Origin: Nitrospirales bacterium
Lineage (GTDB): Bacteria; Nitrospirota; Nitrospiria; Nitrospirales; UBA8639
Assembly: GCA_965203295.1 (NCBI GenBank)
Contig: CBDBCZ010000017.1
Coordinates: 2,144,001-2,208,000 of the forward strand
Direction: 5' to 3'
Length of the DNA: 64,000 nucleotides
Shown here: positions 51,246-63,622 of the stretch, piece after piece
How the letters are laid out: the number at the start of each line of letters is the position of its first letter
Position numbering within the stretch: position 1 is the stretch's first letter
Made by a program: the position numbers and the translations under genes
The notes under the pieces: generated by a model
Told to the model about the DNA's origin: nothing
Databases searched by the model: none
Seen by the model: the letters and a program-made list of their open reading frames with translations, nothing else

Positions 51246-52312
51246 GTCTGGGCTCCATGCCGCCGAGGTCGGCCCTCGTAGGGCTTCCGACTGTCGAGGA
51301 AGGTGCATTACCTCGACCCCAGCAGACAGGGACGGTCCCTGATACCGGTTCGAGCAGCCCGCCGGAGGGTGCAGTGGCATCGGCCACGCTGGCGACGACT
51401 CTACGCGTCACCCCGTCGGGGGATCAGCTAACGGGAAGCGGGCCACCGGTGATTCCGTGGAGTGCATCGGGCACAGGTGCAGTGGCGAACCTCCTACCGC
51501 AGGCTGCTTCAGATTTGCCACCCACTCTGCCGGGGGTGTACGTGGGAGATGGCCGGCCTCCAGTCCCCCAGAAGTTGGCGGACCGTATTTTGCGCTGGGA
51601 GTTTATTGATATGGGGGAGCTCCTACCGGAGTTTTGGTCGTTGGCAAAGGAGGAGGAGTCGTCCGGAAGGAGGCCGATTACATCCCGACGTGCCCGAAAG
51701 GTGACGGATATTTTCACATGGGTCCAGTGTTTTGGGTCCTATGTCAGTGTTTTGGGCCCCCACTTCCCCAAGGTCATTCCAGAACTTATGGCGTATATGG
51801 CCACCATTGTGCGGGTTAGCCAGGACTATACGGGACTGGCGTGGGTCCGGTACGATGCAGCGTACAGGCGCCAAGCAGCACTGACCGGGAATCGAGGATG
51901 GTCGCGGATAAACTCGACGATGTACACGATGTGTTTCACCGGAAATGCGCGAACAACGGAGAGGTGTGAGCTCTGCTTCGGCTCTACCCATGCATCGAAG
52001 GATTGTGCCCTTCGCGGTGACCCAGATCCGGAACTGCGGGTTCGGGTCAAGGCGGTGGAGGCAGCCGTGGTCGCCATGTCGCCGAGGCAGGTGAAACAGG
52101 GCGAGCTGGGTCAATATCAACCTTCGGGACAGATTTGCCGTCTGTGGAACAAGAATAGTTGCACGTTTCGTCGGTGCCGCCATGCCCATATCTGCAGCAA
52201 CTGCCGGGGAAGCCACTCGGTCCTGTCATGTCCTACCGCCGGGCAGCCGGGGAACCATGAGGCGTCTGTATTGGCCAATCGTCGGTTCAGGGGGACGGCA
52301 AGCCCATACTAA
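51246..52312 (+). CDS. gag-like ORF, predicted exon 2, of Ngaro element 2
   Basis: Acceptor ttgttaccgtag|G. WEFIDMGELLP and WVRYD are homologous to element 1; CRLWN...C.F..C.H.H.C..C zinc-finger region. Confidence 0.8.
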
Positions 52313-52720
52313 GGGCCCGTGCAGCTAGTGGTGCTGTTGGTGAACCTGTTAGACTTTGTTGTGTTCATGAGGTCGGCATTACCTATTGTAGTAGGAGCCT
52401 CAGTGCATTCATTGCAACCTGATTTATACTTGTAGCTCGGGCAGGCCCCACATTTGATCAAGACTGTTCTCATCATATAGCTACTCATGATTTTTCAGTG
52501 ATGTTGTGGAACAGTGGTTACAATTATTATTACAATGTTGGAGTGAAGTGGTGTGTCCAGTTGCATGGGTTTCTGATAGAGAGGTGTTTGACCACAGGCT
52601 GAGCCACTGCATGCATCAGGGGCTTGCCTGGGTTGAGGGTCAGTGGATGCCCTGGTGGGGGTCAGTTAAGTTTGGAGCTTTCAAAGGGACGTTATAGTGA
52701 CAGTTAACTCGTTCTTGCAG

Positions 52721-54468
52721 GCCCCTATCAGTACATGGATGATCTACTGCAGTTTGAGGAATGTCGGTCTGCCACCCCTAGACACCTGCCTCTTCAGATG
52801 GAGTTCGTGACCACCCCACTCAACTGGAGGGAGTGGGACAGTAGCCTAGCCTCTCACCCAGACCAGCGGTTTCGAGCATATGTGGTTAACGGAATTCGGT
52901 TTGGATTTCGGATCGGCTTCGATTATAATATCTCCTGCGGGCGGACGACTCGAAATATGGCGTCTACCAGAGAGCACCCCCAAGTCATTAGGGACTATTT
53001 GGCCACAGAGTGTTCGGAGGGCCGGGTACTGGGTCCACTAGATCCCAGTCACTTTCCAATGGTTGCCTCCAGCCGGTTCGGGGTCATCCCTAAAGGGAGC
53101 ACGGGGAAATGGAGGCTGATTGTGGACTTGTCGTCACCGGAAGGTGCTAGTGTCAATGATGGCATTAATGAGGCCCTGTGTTCCCTATCGTACATTGGGG
53201 TGGACGATGCGGCGAAGGAAGTGTTGCGGCAAGGCCAGGGAGCCCTGCTGGCTAAAGTGGACGTGCAGAGTGCGTATCGGAACATTCCAATCCACCCCGA
53301 GGACAGGTGGTTGCTTGGAATGGTTTGGGAGGGGGGCCTGTACATTGACACAGCATTGCCATTTGGTCTTCGATCTGCACCGAAGATTTTCACGGCAGTG
53401 GCAGATGCAGCGGAATGGATCCTCAAGTCGGAAGGGGTCAAGTTCGTCCTCCATTACTTAGATGATTTCCTGATGATAGGGGCGCCGGGTTCACAGGAGT
53501 GTGCGTCGTCGTTGGCTGTGTTACTGAGGGTGTTTGCTCGCTTGGGGCTGCCTATTGCCGCACACAAGCTAGAGGGTCCAGTATCATGTTTGACTTTCCT
53601 GGGGTTTGAGCTAGATTCTGAGGCGATGGAGATTCGTCTTCCGCGGGCCAAGTTAGTAGAACTCCAGGGGGTTTTGGCGTCCTGGACTGGCCGCCGTTCG
53701 TGTTGTAAGAAGGAGCTGGAGTCCCTCGTTGGGAAGCTGGCTCACGCATGCAAAGTGGTCCGTCCTGGAAAGACATTCCTTCGTAGGATGTTCGAGCTCC
53801 TATCAGGGGTACGCCAGCCCCACCATCATATTCGTTTGAATGTGTCCTTTCGGTCGGACCTGATATGGTGGTCTACATTCATTGGTGCGTGGAATGGGGT
53901 GTCGTTACTACTTGACGTGGGCCCTGGAAGGGTTTCGCACCGGTTTGTAACTGACGCATCAGGCCAGTTTGGTTGTGGGGCCTTGTGGGGGTCGAAGTGG
54001 TTGCAGCTGCAGTGGACCCCACCTTCTCGGGCAGATAGTTTTAATTTGCCAGAGGCCAGCATTACGCTTCAGGAGCTGTTACCAGTGGTGTTAGCTTGTG
54101 CGGTGTAGGGTCCTGCCTGGAAGCATACACTAGTGGAGGTCTATTGTGACAATCAAGGGGCAGTGGCTGTCATTAACTCAGGGTACAGTAAGGTACCCCA
54201 GATGATGCACCTCCTTCGGTGCCTGTTCTTTATACGGGCGTTTTTCGGCTTCTCCCTGCGGGCCATCCATGTGCCGGGGTGTGAGAATGGACTGGCTGAT
54301 GCGATCTCTCGGGATAACCTGGCTTGTCTATTCGCCCAGATTCCAGAGGCCAGGAACTCCCGCTGCCACATCCCTCCACCCCTGTTGGAACTGCTGGTGG
54401 AGGGCCACCCGGATTGGACGTCAGTATCCTGGTCCCAACTGTTCAGGAGCTGTTTTCGTCTGGCTTAG
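52721..54468 (+). pseudogene. RT/RNase H of Ngaro element 2, interrupted by an in-frame TAG at 54106-54108
   Basis: LPFGLRSAP, HYLDDF, TDAS. LACAV*GPAW aligns to FAVAVWGAHW of element 1; the frame continues YCDN...ADAISR. Confidence 0.9.
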
Positions 54469-55391
54469 CAGCGTCAACTCAGCGGGCCTATAGGTCCGGC
54501 AGTAATCGATATCTAACTTTTTGTACTAAGTTTAAGGTTTCCCCGTTCCCTGTATGTGAGCGCAGTCTCTCCTTTTTTGTGGCATTTTTGTATGGTGAGG
54601 GTTTGATGGCAGGCACTGTGAAGTGCTACTTGTCAGCGGTGCGTCACACGCAGATTGCGTTGGGGTTGGGGGACCCTCACGTTTCGGCCATGCCCCAGCT
54701 GGAATATGTCATTAAGGGTCTCAAGAAGAAGACAGCAGGTCGGTCTTCTCGGGATCGGCGTCCTATTACCCCTCCTATTTTGCGGCAGCTTAAACGGGTG
54801 TGGGAGTCGGCTGCGGATCAGTTTAATGCTGCGATGCTCTGGGCGGCGTCGTGCATGTGTTTCTTCGGGTTCTTGCGCTCCGGGGAGGTGGTAGTGCCGT
54901 CGGACTCAGGGTTTGATGCGACAGTTCATTTGGCGTATGGGGACGTGAAATTGGATAATGTGGCTTCACCTCGGTATTTAGTGGTCCAGATAAAGGCGTC
55001 GAAGACCGACCCCTTTCGGAAAGGGGTATCTATCTATTTAGGCCGGACGGATGCTGACCTTTGCCCAGTGGCAGCGGTCTTGAGCTATATGGTTCAGCGG
55101 GGGTCATCTCAAGGTCCTTTTTTTCGGTTTTCAGATGGTCGTTCATTGACTCGGGATCGCTTTGTGGCAGCGGTGCGTTCTACCCTCCAGGCGGCTGGTA
55201 TCCCATCGGCTCACTATGCCGGACATAGTTTCCGAATTGGGGCTGCAACGACGGCAGCCTTGTGTGGGGTTCAGGACTCGCTCATCAAGACCCTGGGGAG
55301 GTGGGAGAGTGCTGCCTATACTCTCTATATTCGGACCCCCCCGGAAACATTGTGTGCGGTTTCTCGAAGCTTGGTTTCCAAGACGGCTTGA
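54324..55391 (+). CDS. Tyrosine recombinase of Ngaro element 2
   Basis: FLRSGE, KASKTD, HSFRIGAAT, LGRWES..Y motifs. Confidence 0.95.
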   Translation: MSIRPDSRGQELPLPHPSTPVGTAGGGPPGLDVSILVPTVQELFSSGLAASTQRAYRSGSNRYLTFCTKFKVSPFPVCERSLSFFVAFLYGEGLMAGTVKCYLSAVRHTQIALGLGDPHVSAMPQLEYVIKGLKKKTAGRSSRDRRPITPPILRQLKRVWESAADQFNAAMLWAASCMCFFGFLRSGEVVVPSDSGFDATVHLAYGDVKLDNVASPRYLVVQIKASKTDPFRKGVSIYLGRTDADLCPVAAVLSYMVQRGSSQGPFFRFSDGRSLTRDRFVAAVRSTLQAAGIPSAHYAGHSFRIGAATTAALCGVQDSLIKTLGRWESAAYTLYIRTPPETLCAVSRSLVSKTA

Positions 55392-56536
55392 GCTGTTCAT
55401 TAGTTGCTGGTGGATAGGTGGGGATGGTTTTTTCCCTTTGGTTTTGTATTCCTTGATGTTTTGTATCTGTGCTTCTGTTGTTGGGTATTGCTGTTTGGGT
55501 GAACTACTTCCTGGGGTCAAGCCTATTTCGAGGGCAGGCGGGTACTCAGTGCTTGGGTGAGGGGTGGCCTTGGCTTGCCAAGGCCCACCCTCTGGGCACA
55601 GTGGGTGTGTCCACCCAGCTGTCTCACCCCAAGCAGTAATTAGGTGCGTGGGGGAGCAGTGGGGCGGGGCATGCGGTAACCCACACATCGGACACGTGCT
55701 TGCCCAGCACTGGTGCCAATCCTTACTGGTATGGTGGGGTTTTAGTGATGTTAGGGTGGGTTGGTGGGGCGTCACCGGCGCGGCCATGACGGATTAAATG
55801 AGGGTTAATTGTGGCAATTAACCCAAGTTAATAGGTCATGGTGCTCGTGCATATCACGTGGCTACAAGGTAGCCATCTGCGCATGCGCACAGCAAGAGCT
55901 CGTGCAGCCAGGTCGAGCCAGCTACCGGGTGTGTATTCGCAGTTCCTCCCTCCCTTTGCCCTTCCCTTATGCTTAGTCTCCAGTGTGGGGAGCCTTGCCG
56001 GGGTTGAGTTCCACACTGTGATCATGTGCCTGGGCACAGTGGGTGTGTCCACCCAGCTGTCTCACCCCAAGCAGCAATTAGGTGCGTGGGGGAGCAGTGG
56101 GGCGGGGCATGCGGTAACCCACACATCGGACACGTGCTTGCCCAGCACTGGTGCCAATCCTTACTGGTATGGTGGGGTTTTAGTGATGTTAGGGTGGGTT
56201 GGTGGGGCGTCACCGGCGCGGCCATGACGGATTAATATATAGTAACCAAACTCTCTCAGTCTCTACAAAACGTAGCTAGCTCGTGCAATCTCACTTGCTA
56301 ACTCCAATCAAGCTTGCTCATGCTCTCCTCACAATGCCCTGCATTTACCTAGTATATACATACCACCAAAGTTGAATAACATCACCACTAGAATCAATGA
56401 TATTAGGGAATTGGATCTGTCTTTAGCACAATGATATAAAACATGGTGCTTTTACCAAGGGTGGCTTGCTGCACTCCAAGGCTGTTGTTTGTAAAGCTAT
56501 GAGCATTTGAAAACAGCTGATGTAGTAATATACATA

Positions 56537-57091
56537 CCGTAGACTCGGGTTGTTAAGCGCACCTTTCTTATAAGCGCACACTTTTTTATAAGCGCATACT
56601 TACTTCCTGGTTTTTAATACTTACTGTTATGTGCGTGCCCGATTAAACTTTGAACTTTGAGCAATTTAAGCACGAGATCGAGATCGCGACGTGCTATAGT
56701 ATTGCCGAGTGTTTCACTGGAGAGTCTCACGATGGCTACTGCTGCTGGTGCTTCTGTCCTTCCCTCGAACGGATCGGGAAAGGCTAAGAGGAAAGCTATG
56801 CAAGAGAGTTCAAGCTGACTGTTGTCAACCACTATCGTGACCACAATATTTTGTACCAGGCGTCCAATCGTTGAACGCGAAGACGATTTTGTACGCGTGG
56901 TGCCTTCGAATGATGCTTCGTGAATCAAGATCGTGTCTTCCCCCCTTGCCATGATAGCTAGCTAGCCATAGATCGAGATGCGACAAATGGGCGGGACTAA
57001 TGGGCGGTGCTAGAAATCGCTCTTTTATAAGCGCATATTTCCTTGCCGCCCAGACTTATAAGCGCATGCGCTTAATAACCCGAGTCTACGG
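56537..57091 (+). mobile_element. Same pogo-like element in copy C
   Basis: Same TIRs, TA flanks and position as in copy B. Confidence 0.8.
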
Positions 57092-57162
57092 TACCTTGAA
57101 GCACTGTGTGCTCCTGTGACCTACACTGGAACAGTACATTCATATTGCAGTGAGCTATATAT

Positions 57163-57218
57163 AAGCCCTTTAATTAGGCCTCCCAAAAATTCTGGTAACC
57201 AAAAGATTGAACATGCGC
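57163..57218 (-). ncRNA. Putative Sm-class small RNA, cassette L3 copy C
   Basis: As copy B with one change; TATA 57242-57248. Confidence 0.6.
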
Positions 57219-58055
57219 AAACAACTACATGCAGCTCCTCCTTATAAAGGCAGCATTGCTTAAAACACTTGTGGGTTTGTCAGTAATTAGTAATTAAGGT
57301 GCATGAATAATGTTATACCTGTCAAGGCTAAATATTAAGCAGATTCTTCCTCTACGTCAAGCGTGCTACTGCAACAGTGAGGTGCTTGGCAGCACACCTC
57401 ATTACATGGTAGTTGTGCTGGCCGACTAACATAAACTTTGGTCTCTATTTTTGATTATAGTGATAGCCCAAAGGTTTTATGACTTCTGCAAGACACCAAA
57501 CTTGAAAAATCACCTAAATCAGCATCTCTAATTATTCCGAGAGCTAGTTTAAAAAATGGACAAGCAAGGTACATGTACCTTAAAATGTTCCCTTCTAATC
57601 AATGATGAGTCACTCCAGGTCTCAGTTCTCACTCACTCCCGGCTTTAGGTCCTAAGGCGGAAAAGGGGGGGTGGCCAGATCATTTGGGAGCATTTAATTA
57701 CAGAATCTTTGCAATGGAGAGAATCTATAAAGGTAGTACTGCTCAAAAACACTTATGGGCTTTAGAAAGCCTCCTAATTAAGATGTATAAATACCCTTGC
57801 ATCTATCCCGTATGAAGGCGGCAACTCTGGTCAATCTAATGTGAATTTCCAAATATTTTTACATTGCACATGTGCTATTGGATTCTGTTATCCACTTCTA
57901 GCAGGTAATTTAGACATTAAAGAGCGAAAAAGCTCAATTTTTGACTGGACAGATAGCCCCCCCCCCCCGCCTAATTATGCAGGCAACTAAAAATACAGCA
58001 CTGTGTGCTCCACACTGCAACAGTGCAGTCACCTTTCAATCTCATTAACAGTTGT

Positions 58056-58106
58056 AGGCCCTTTAATTAGGCCTTCCAAAAATTGTATATCCCACACAAA
58101 AAAGAA
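58056..58106 (-). ncRNA. Putative Sm-class small RNA, cassette L5 copy C
   Basis: As L5 in copies A and B. Confidence 0.55.
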
Positions 58107-59665
58107 CATTGTTACATGCAACTCCCATCTTATACAGGCAGCATTGCTCAAAACACTTGTGGGGCTGTCAATAGTTAGCAATTAAGTTGCATGAATACAG
58201 TTATATCTGCCAATAAGCCTGGAGTGCATCATTGTTCAGTCAAGTGTACTAGTCAACCCTCGGCGCGTGAGCGCGTGCGAGGGGTAATTACGGTAGTCGT
58301 TTTGCATGTATGTTTCAACTGACTTTGTCCCACCGAAATGTGAAGAACACGTTGTCCAGTTGTCCAGCTGAAGGTGCTGAATTTAGGCAATCGATACTGT
58401 CTCGAGGATAGATGTGCGATTTTGTACAAGCTGTAGTTGCTGAGATACACCAACACTTGCGTTCTTGCTGCTACGAGCGGCCGCCCATTTAATAACGCGT
58501 TACTGCAAGTAATTAAGGCCACGCCATATTGTGCGTTATTTAGATATCTACACATTCCCCACGCGGTGGATTTCGGTTTGAATCTCTTTGAATCGTGTTC
58601 TGTGATTGTCTTGCACTTGAAGTGCCGTGAGCTATTGATACTTTGGTCCTTGTATTTTACATGGTATAATGCTGCAAAAGTTTGCCCAAAGTGTCTTGCT
58701 CCCTGACTCCTGGGCTGCAGCTCTGTACGTGTCTCATGTTATTGCGAGCCTAGGTCTCGCTCAATTCTCGCCCAAGTTGCCACAGGGTCCGGCCAAAACA
58801 TTTAGCTTAATAGGTTATTAGAGGGAGACCTCTAACACTCTATGTTAGAGCGAGACATTAATCAAGATTTCATTGTCGACCACTTCTTAGGACGAGGTAA
58901 GTAATGTTGTGGCGTGGTAGTTGAATCTGAGCTAGTGTATGTACGGTCTTGAAAAACTACCAAAACAAGTTAGCATCAGCACCACATTACACAGAAAAGA
59001 TCAATGAAGAGCAAGTCAGGATGATATCCCTAAAAATAAGATAAGAACTAGAAGTCTCTAGCAGAAACATATCCCACACTCCTGAACTCTGCAGACTGGA
59101 AACGGCATGTGGCCCCGTATACCGTGCTCGTGTAACGCCGTATACGAGTGGTAAGCGTGACTGATATAGTAATGACATGGGTGCTTCTCTACGTATACTC
59201 TAGTATGGACACGTGTCAAGAGTCTGCATATGCTGGCCTCTGTCATATTCAAAATCTTGTTCATACTAAAATAGCGGACCTTACCGATGTTGAATAAGAA
59301 AAGTCGGACATACGGAGACAAGAATCGTTTTGGTTATTGTCAGGGACACACTCGTTGGATTTCAATTATTACATCCTGCTTTGTGATTATTATAGCATCT
59401 CAATCTCCCGTTCGAAAGTTTTGTTTTTTTTATGACAGATGATGACAACAGATGGTCAAAACCAAATACTTAACCCCACTCACGTATACGCGGCACAGGG
59501 TAATGACACAACAGAACTTTCATGGATTACCACTACCATCCCTACAACCTGCCAACAGCACACACACACCACAAGCATGCTAACATCTGTATGGAAAATT
59601 CCAACAGTGCCACTACACGCAGTGTAGCCACTGGAGACTACATAAACAGGTTAGGTGCCACATAT

Positions 59666-59724
59666 AGGCCCATTACAGGCCCCCAAAAATTGTAAGATTG
59701 CTGATTTTAATATGAGAGCGAACA
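59666..59724 (-). ncRNA. Putative Sm-class small RNA, cassette L6 copy C (intact promoter, different 5' segment)
   Basis: TGTTCGCTCTCATATTAAAATCAGCAATCTTAC-AATTTTTGG-GGGCCT-GTAAT-GGGCCT; TATATAAGGAG at ~59744-59754. Confidence 0.65.
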
Positions 59725-62700
59725 GAACAAGGAGCCAGGTTTCCTCCTTATATATGCAGCACTTGCTCAAAATACTTGTGGGTTGCTAAAACTCTCAATA
59801 TTATCCATTGCAGTGCATGAATATTATTAACTGCACATATTATGGCCCTACATTGTACAGGGAGACTACAGCTCTGGTGCAAATACTACTAGTTCCGGTT
59901 TTGGTCAGCATAAAGTTTTGAGATTCACATGTAAGCATGATCTGACACGAGTTAATGTCTCCAGAGGAGGTTGGAAGCGGTCATGTACACTAATAGTGGA
60001 ATCCAATTAGCTATGCTTTCTGATGATGTCAATAAAACGTCTCGGGCATAAAGTTTAGAGACTCACACATGCATGTAAGCATGAACTTGCCATGGAATTC
60101 TCAATGAACAGCATTAAAGTAAACCTCACACCGAGGCCTTTCACCTCATACTGTAGCCATGGAGAAAAATTTGGACAAAAGGACTTTGGTATGAATTGAG
60201 GAATGTCGGGCAGTTATACAGCGGGGGGGAAGGGGGGGGGGGGTGTGGCTAGAGTCCACACATATTATTTGTCTACTTTCCATACTACAAACCAATTCTG
60301 GGTAGCAATCTAGCCAATGTGATCTACATGTACGTACGAGATCTTATAAGTGTTCTCTCTACCCTGAGCCCCAATGTCTGTGAAGGTAGATGGGACTTAG
60401 AGAAGTAGTCAGCTAACTGAATATTCAACAGTGCAGGCTGGCAGTTTAAAGCTAAATTTGTGCAAGACTCTCCCTCTTCTTATTTCATTTTTACCCCGCA
60501 CCCATATACACCAGTGGGGTTGAGCAATCTGCTGTTGTTGTACAGCTGTCCTTAAAAAAAAATTCGATTTAGAGGCTCTAAAAATTTCAAAACAGGATGT
60601 AACTAAAGAAATATAAAAATCGAGGTGTGTGTGTGTCCTGACAGTGACCTAAGGGTTCTAGCCAGCTCTATCTTGTTCAATATCAGTAAGGTCTACCATT
60701 TTAATACGGTGAAGAACTCCACTAAGGCAGAGGCCAGGCACACGCGGTCTCTTGACATGTGTTCACAGAGGAGTATACATAGAGAAGTGTCTGTGTCTTT
60801 ACTGCGGTGATCAGTCACGCCCTACGGCAGTACATGAACACGATATACTTGTCTTTCACGCTGCCAATAATTTAGGTCCAGTCTTCAGAGTCCAGGAGCG
60901 TGGGGCATGTATCTGCTGAAAACATTTATTTGCTTTTTTTGTGAGGGTGGGGGGAGGGCCTGGGGAGGGTCTAGTGAGCTAGACTAAGGGTTCTCTAACC
61001 TTTCTGATCACTGCTTGTCCAGTTCAGCATGATCTCAGGTGCCCTCCACCAGCAGTCAGTCATAGATCTCACTCACTCCTCGCTTTAGGTCCTAAGGTGG
61101 GGGAGAGGGAATATGCAATGACCAGGTCATGTGGAAGCAACTAAATACAGCAATGGAGAGAACCAATTACTACTGAGTGATGTGAAGCAGAGTGAAGTAG
61201 TATTTGGGCTCAGATCTCTCTTAGCAATCTGTACGGTCACCATTCCACACATACGCACTTATGCTCCCAATATCCAACAATCGCCACGAGTGCACATCCA
61301 AGTCAAGACATTCTGATCACTAACCGACAGCAAGGTAGGATCTGAGGATCCAAGAAGTTGAAGAGAGGACAGCAGAAGATACTACTGCTGCTATGGTACT
61401 TGCTAGGCAACAGTGTAAGTACCAGGAGACCCCAGAGGCTGACTGAGACCAGGCTCCAACGAGGGAGAGAGGTCAGGCACCACTGGAATAGAGTGTGCCA
61501 GAGAGAGAGAGAAGGGCAGTAGGTACCCCTCGGAAGAGAGGGAGTGTCATGCTTTAACTACGTACCAGAAATTCCAGTTTGTATGCTGGGAGTGGGAGGT
61601 GGGTGGGGGTGGGGGGGGGGGGGGGGGGGGGGAGCCTAAGGTTAGCAAGTCACTTGTGGGTTGGCACAGTTATCGATATTCATTCAGTCATTTACTGTCT
61701 ATGATCACTGTTCACTCTAAGTGGAGCCTGAGTGACAAGATATACAGTCACTGTGGTCCAAGTGCCTGTTAGGAACATTACCTCAATAAATGCACACACC
61801 CGGCCTGTCATACTGATGTATACCCCAAATAGCCTCGTTCCCAGTACTTTACACACCAGCTTTTATCTCACAGCCACGGGAAAAAAGTAAGGGGGAAGGC
61901 CTGGTACCACTTATCACGTGCCGTGATGCAGGGTAGACGTTTATACCCACACAATGGTACTTACATGCCCATGCACTACTGCATAGCGCTTAAATTTCAC
62001 AGGTCTTTAATTTTACAAATTTCGTGAATCTGCAAAATTATTTCTAATTTTGTCGCTTCCGACTTTACACAGATGTTTCTGTTTCAGTACTTCAAGTGCC
62101 CTCGTCCGCGATTTCTGCAGCAAACAGCCAAATCACTGCTATCTGCCAGCGCGAAGGTCAGGGAGCATACTTGAAAATGAGCACAGAGAAGAAGGCCGGA
62201 ATTGGACATCAAGCAGCAGAGCATGGAGTGCTAGCCACCACTCACTACTACGCTATTGTCTGTGTGCATTACACCCGGTTACACCCCACCCATAAATTCA
62301 GTAGTACGTGTTTAATGAATTTGCAAATTATTTAGCTATTCGCTATTTTTAGACCCACCAAATTTAAGCGCTATGTGGTAAATGAAAAACGGCATCCGTT
62401 GAGCACAGAATGACTGCAAAATTGAAACTGAGGGCTGTTGACTGAGATAAACAATCCTTTGGGTAGCGATTTGTGTAAGTTCCAACTGTTCACGGCTGAA
62501 AGGGACCGTTCTAGAAGGCCTGATGGCGGGTGAGAGGCCATGACAGTGAGAGATGCTCCTACCTTTTATCTAGCTGCCATAAGTGTGGGCTTATCCCTGC
62601 CTGAAGGATCGTCTGCCTCAGTCAACAGGTCTCGGTGGTGCCATTTCTGTTGTTCTGTGCTTAACAATGCCGATTTTGAATTACTAAGTGGGCATGTAAG

Positions 62701-63553
62701 TACACACGCATGTAAGTACCGTTGCATGGGCATATACGTAAGTCTACCCTACATCACGGCACGTGATAAGTGGTACCAGGCCTTCCCCCTCGCTTTTTCC
62801 CCACCGCTGCGAGATAAAAGCTAGGGTGTGGAAATGAGGCTATATGCCAATACTGTTTGACAACATTGGCACACGATCCGAAAGTGCCACTCCCCAGTGT
62901 GTGGATGATAACCGTCACAGTGAGCTAATATTAGCTCCATTTACTTGCCTCTCCCGAGCAGTTCACGAGATAATGATTATACAATGAATAACATTGCTAC
63001 ATAAACTTTTGTGAATAGCCTGATCATGTTCCAAGGCATTGTAGACGGAGCATACACCTCAGCAAATGGGTTTACAAGTCCTTGGGCCCTTGTAGTGTTT
63101 TCTGTCCTAGCATTTAGAATCATGCAGGCTTGTTTCCCAAGAACTCCAAGGCAGACTTCTTGTGTGCACACACGCCTATTTCCCATAATCAGTCAGTGTG
63201 GCGCCGATAATAGGAAAGTGCCGACACTTTGTCACTTACAATTACATTACATACGCATTTCATAGATAGTTCATGGGTAGTGAGTAGATGATCGTGCCCG
63301 GTAGCAGCTTGCAGTGACATCATCTGATTACATTGGTTTCAAGTTCCTCCCATGAGCAAATTCTACCATCACATCCTACATCTACATAGCCATCTACCTC
63401 TTCTCTCACCCAATGAATAAGCCATTTGAAAAAAAATAAAAAACATGCAGGGATGGAATCTCCAAAGAGACAAAACAGCACCACAATGCTTTACAAAACG
63501 CCATCCCCACATCTACTTCATGATAATGAGTTTACTTTCTAAGGGACTGAGTT

Positions 63554-63622
63554 GTGCCTTTTGGCTCTCCAAAAATTGTGCGCATTACCCCATGCACTGT
63601 TTCCCTGCGCAGCAGCCAACTT
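63554..63622 (-). ncRNA. Cassette L8 copy C (divergent 5' segment, promoter deleted)
   Basis: AAGTTGGCTGCTGCGCAGGGAAACA-GTGCAT-GGGGTA-ATGCGC-AC-AATTTTTGG-AGAGCC; the sequence jumps past the TATA/PSE at ~63636. Confidence 0.45.

Larger units (their letters stand above)
50463..56234 (+). mobile_element. Second, divergent Ngaro-type retrotransposon with a nonsense codon in RNase H
   Basis: A1 50463-50610, ORFs, B1 55592-55796, A2 55798-55945, B2 56030-56234. Empty site gagtatatatagtaacc in copies A (~8940) and B (~29276). Confidence 0.95.
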
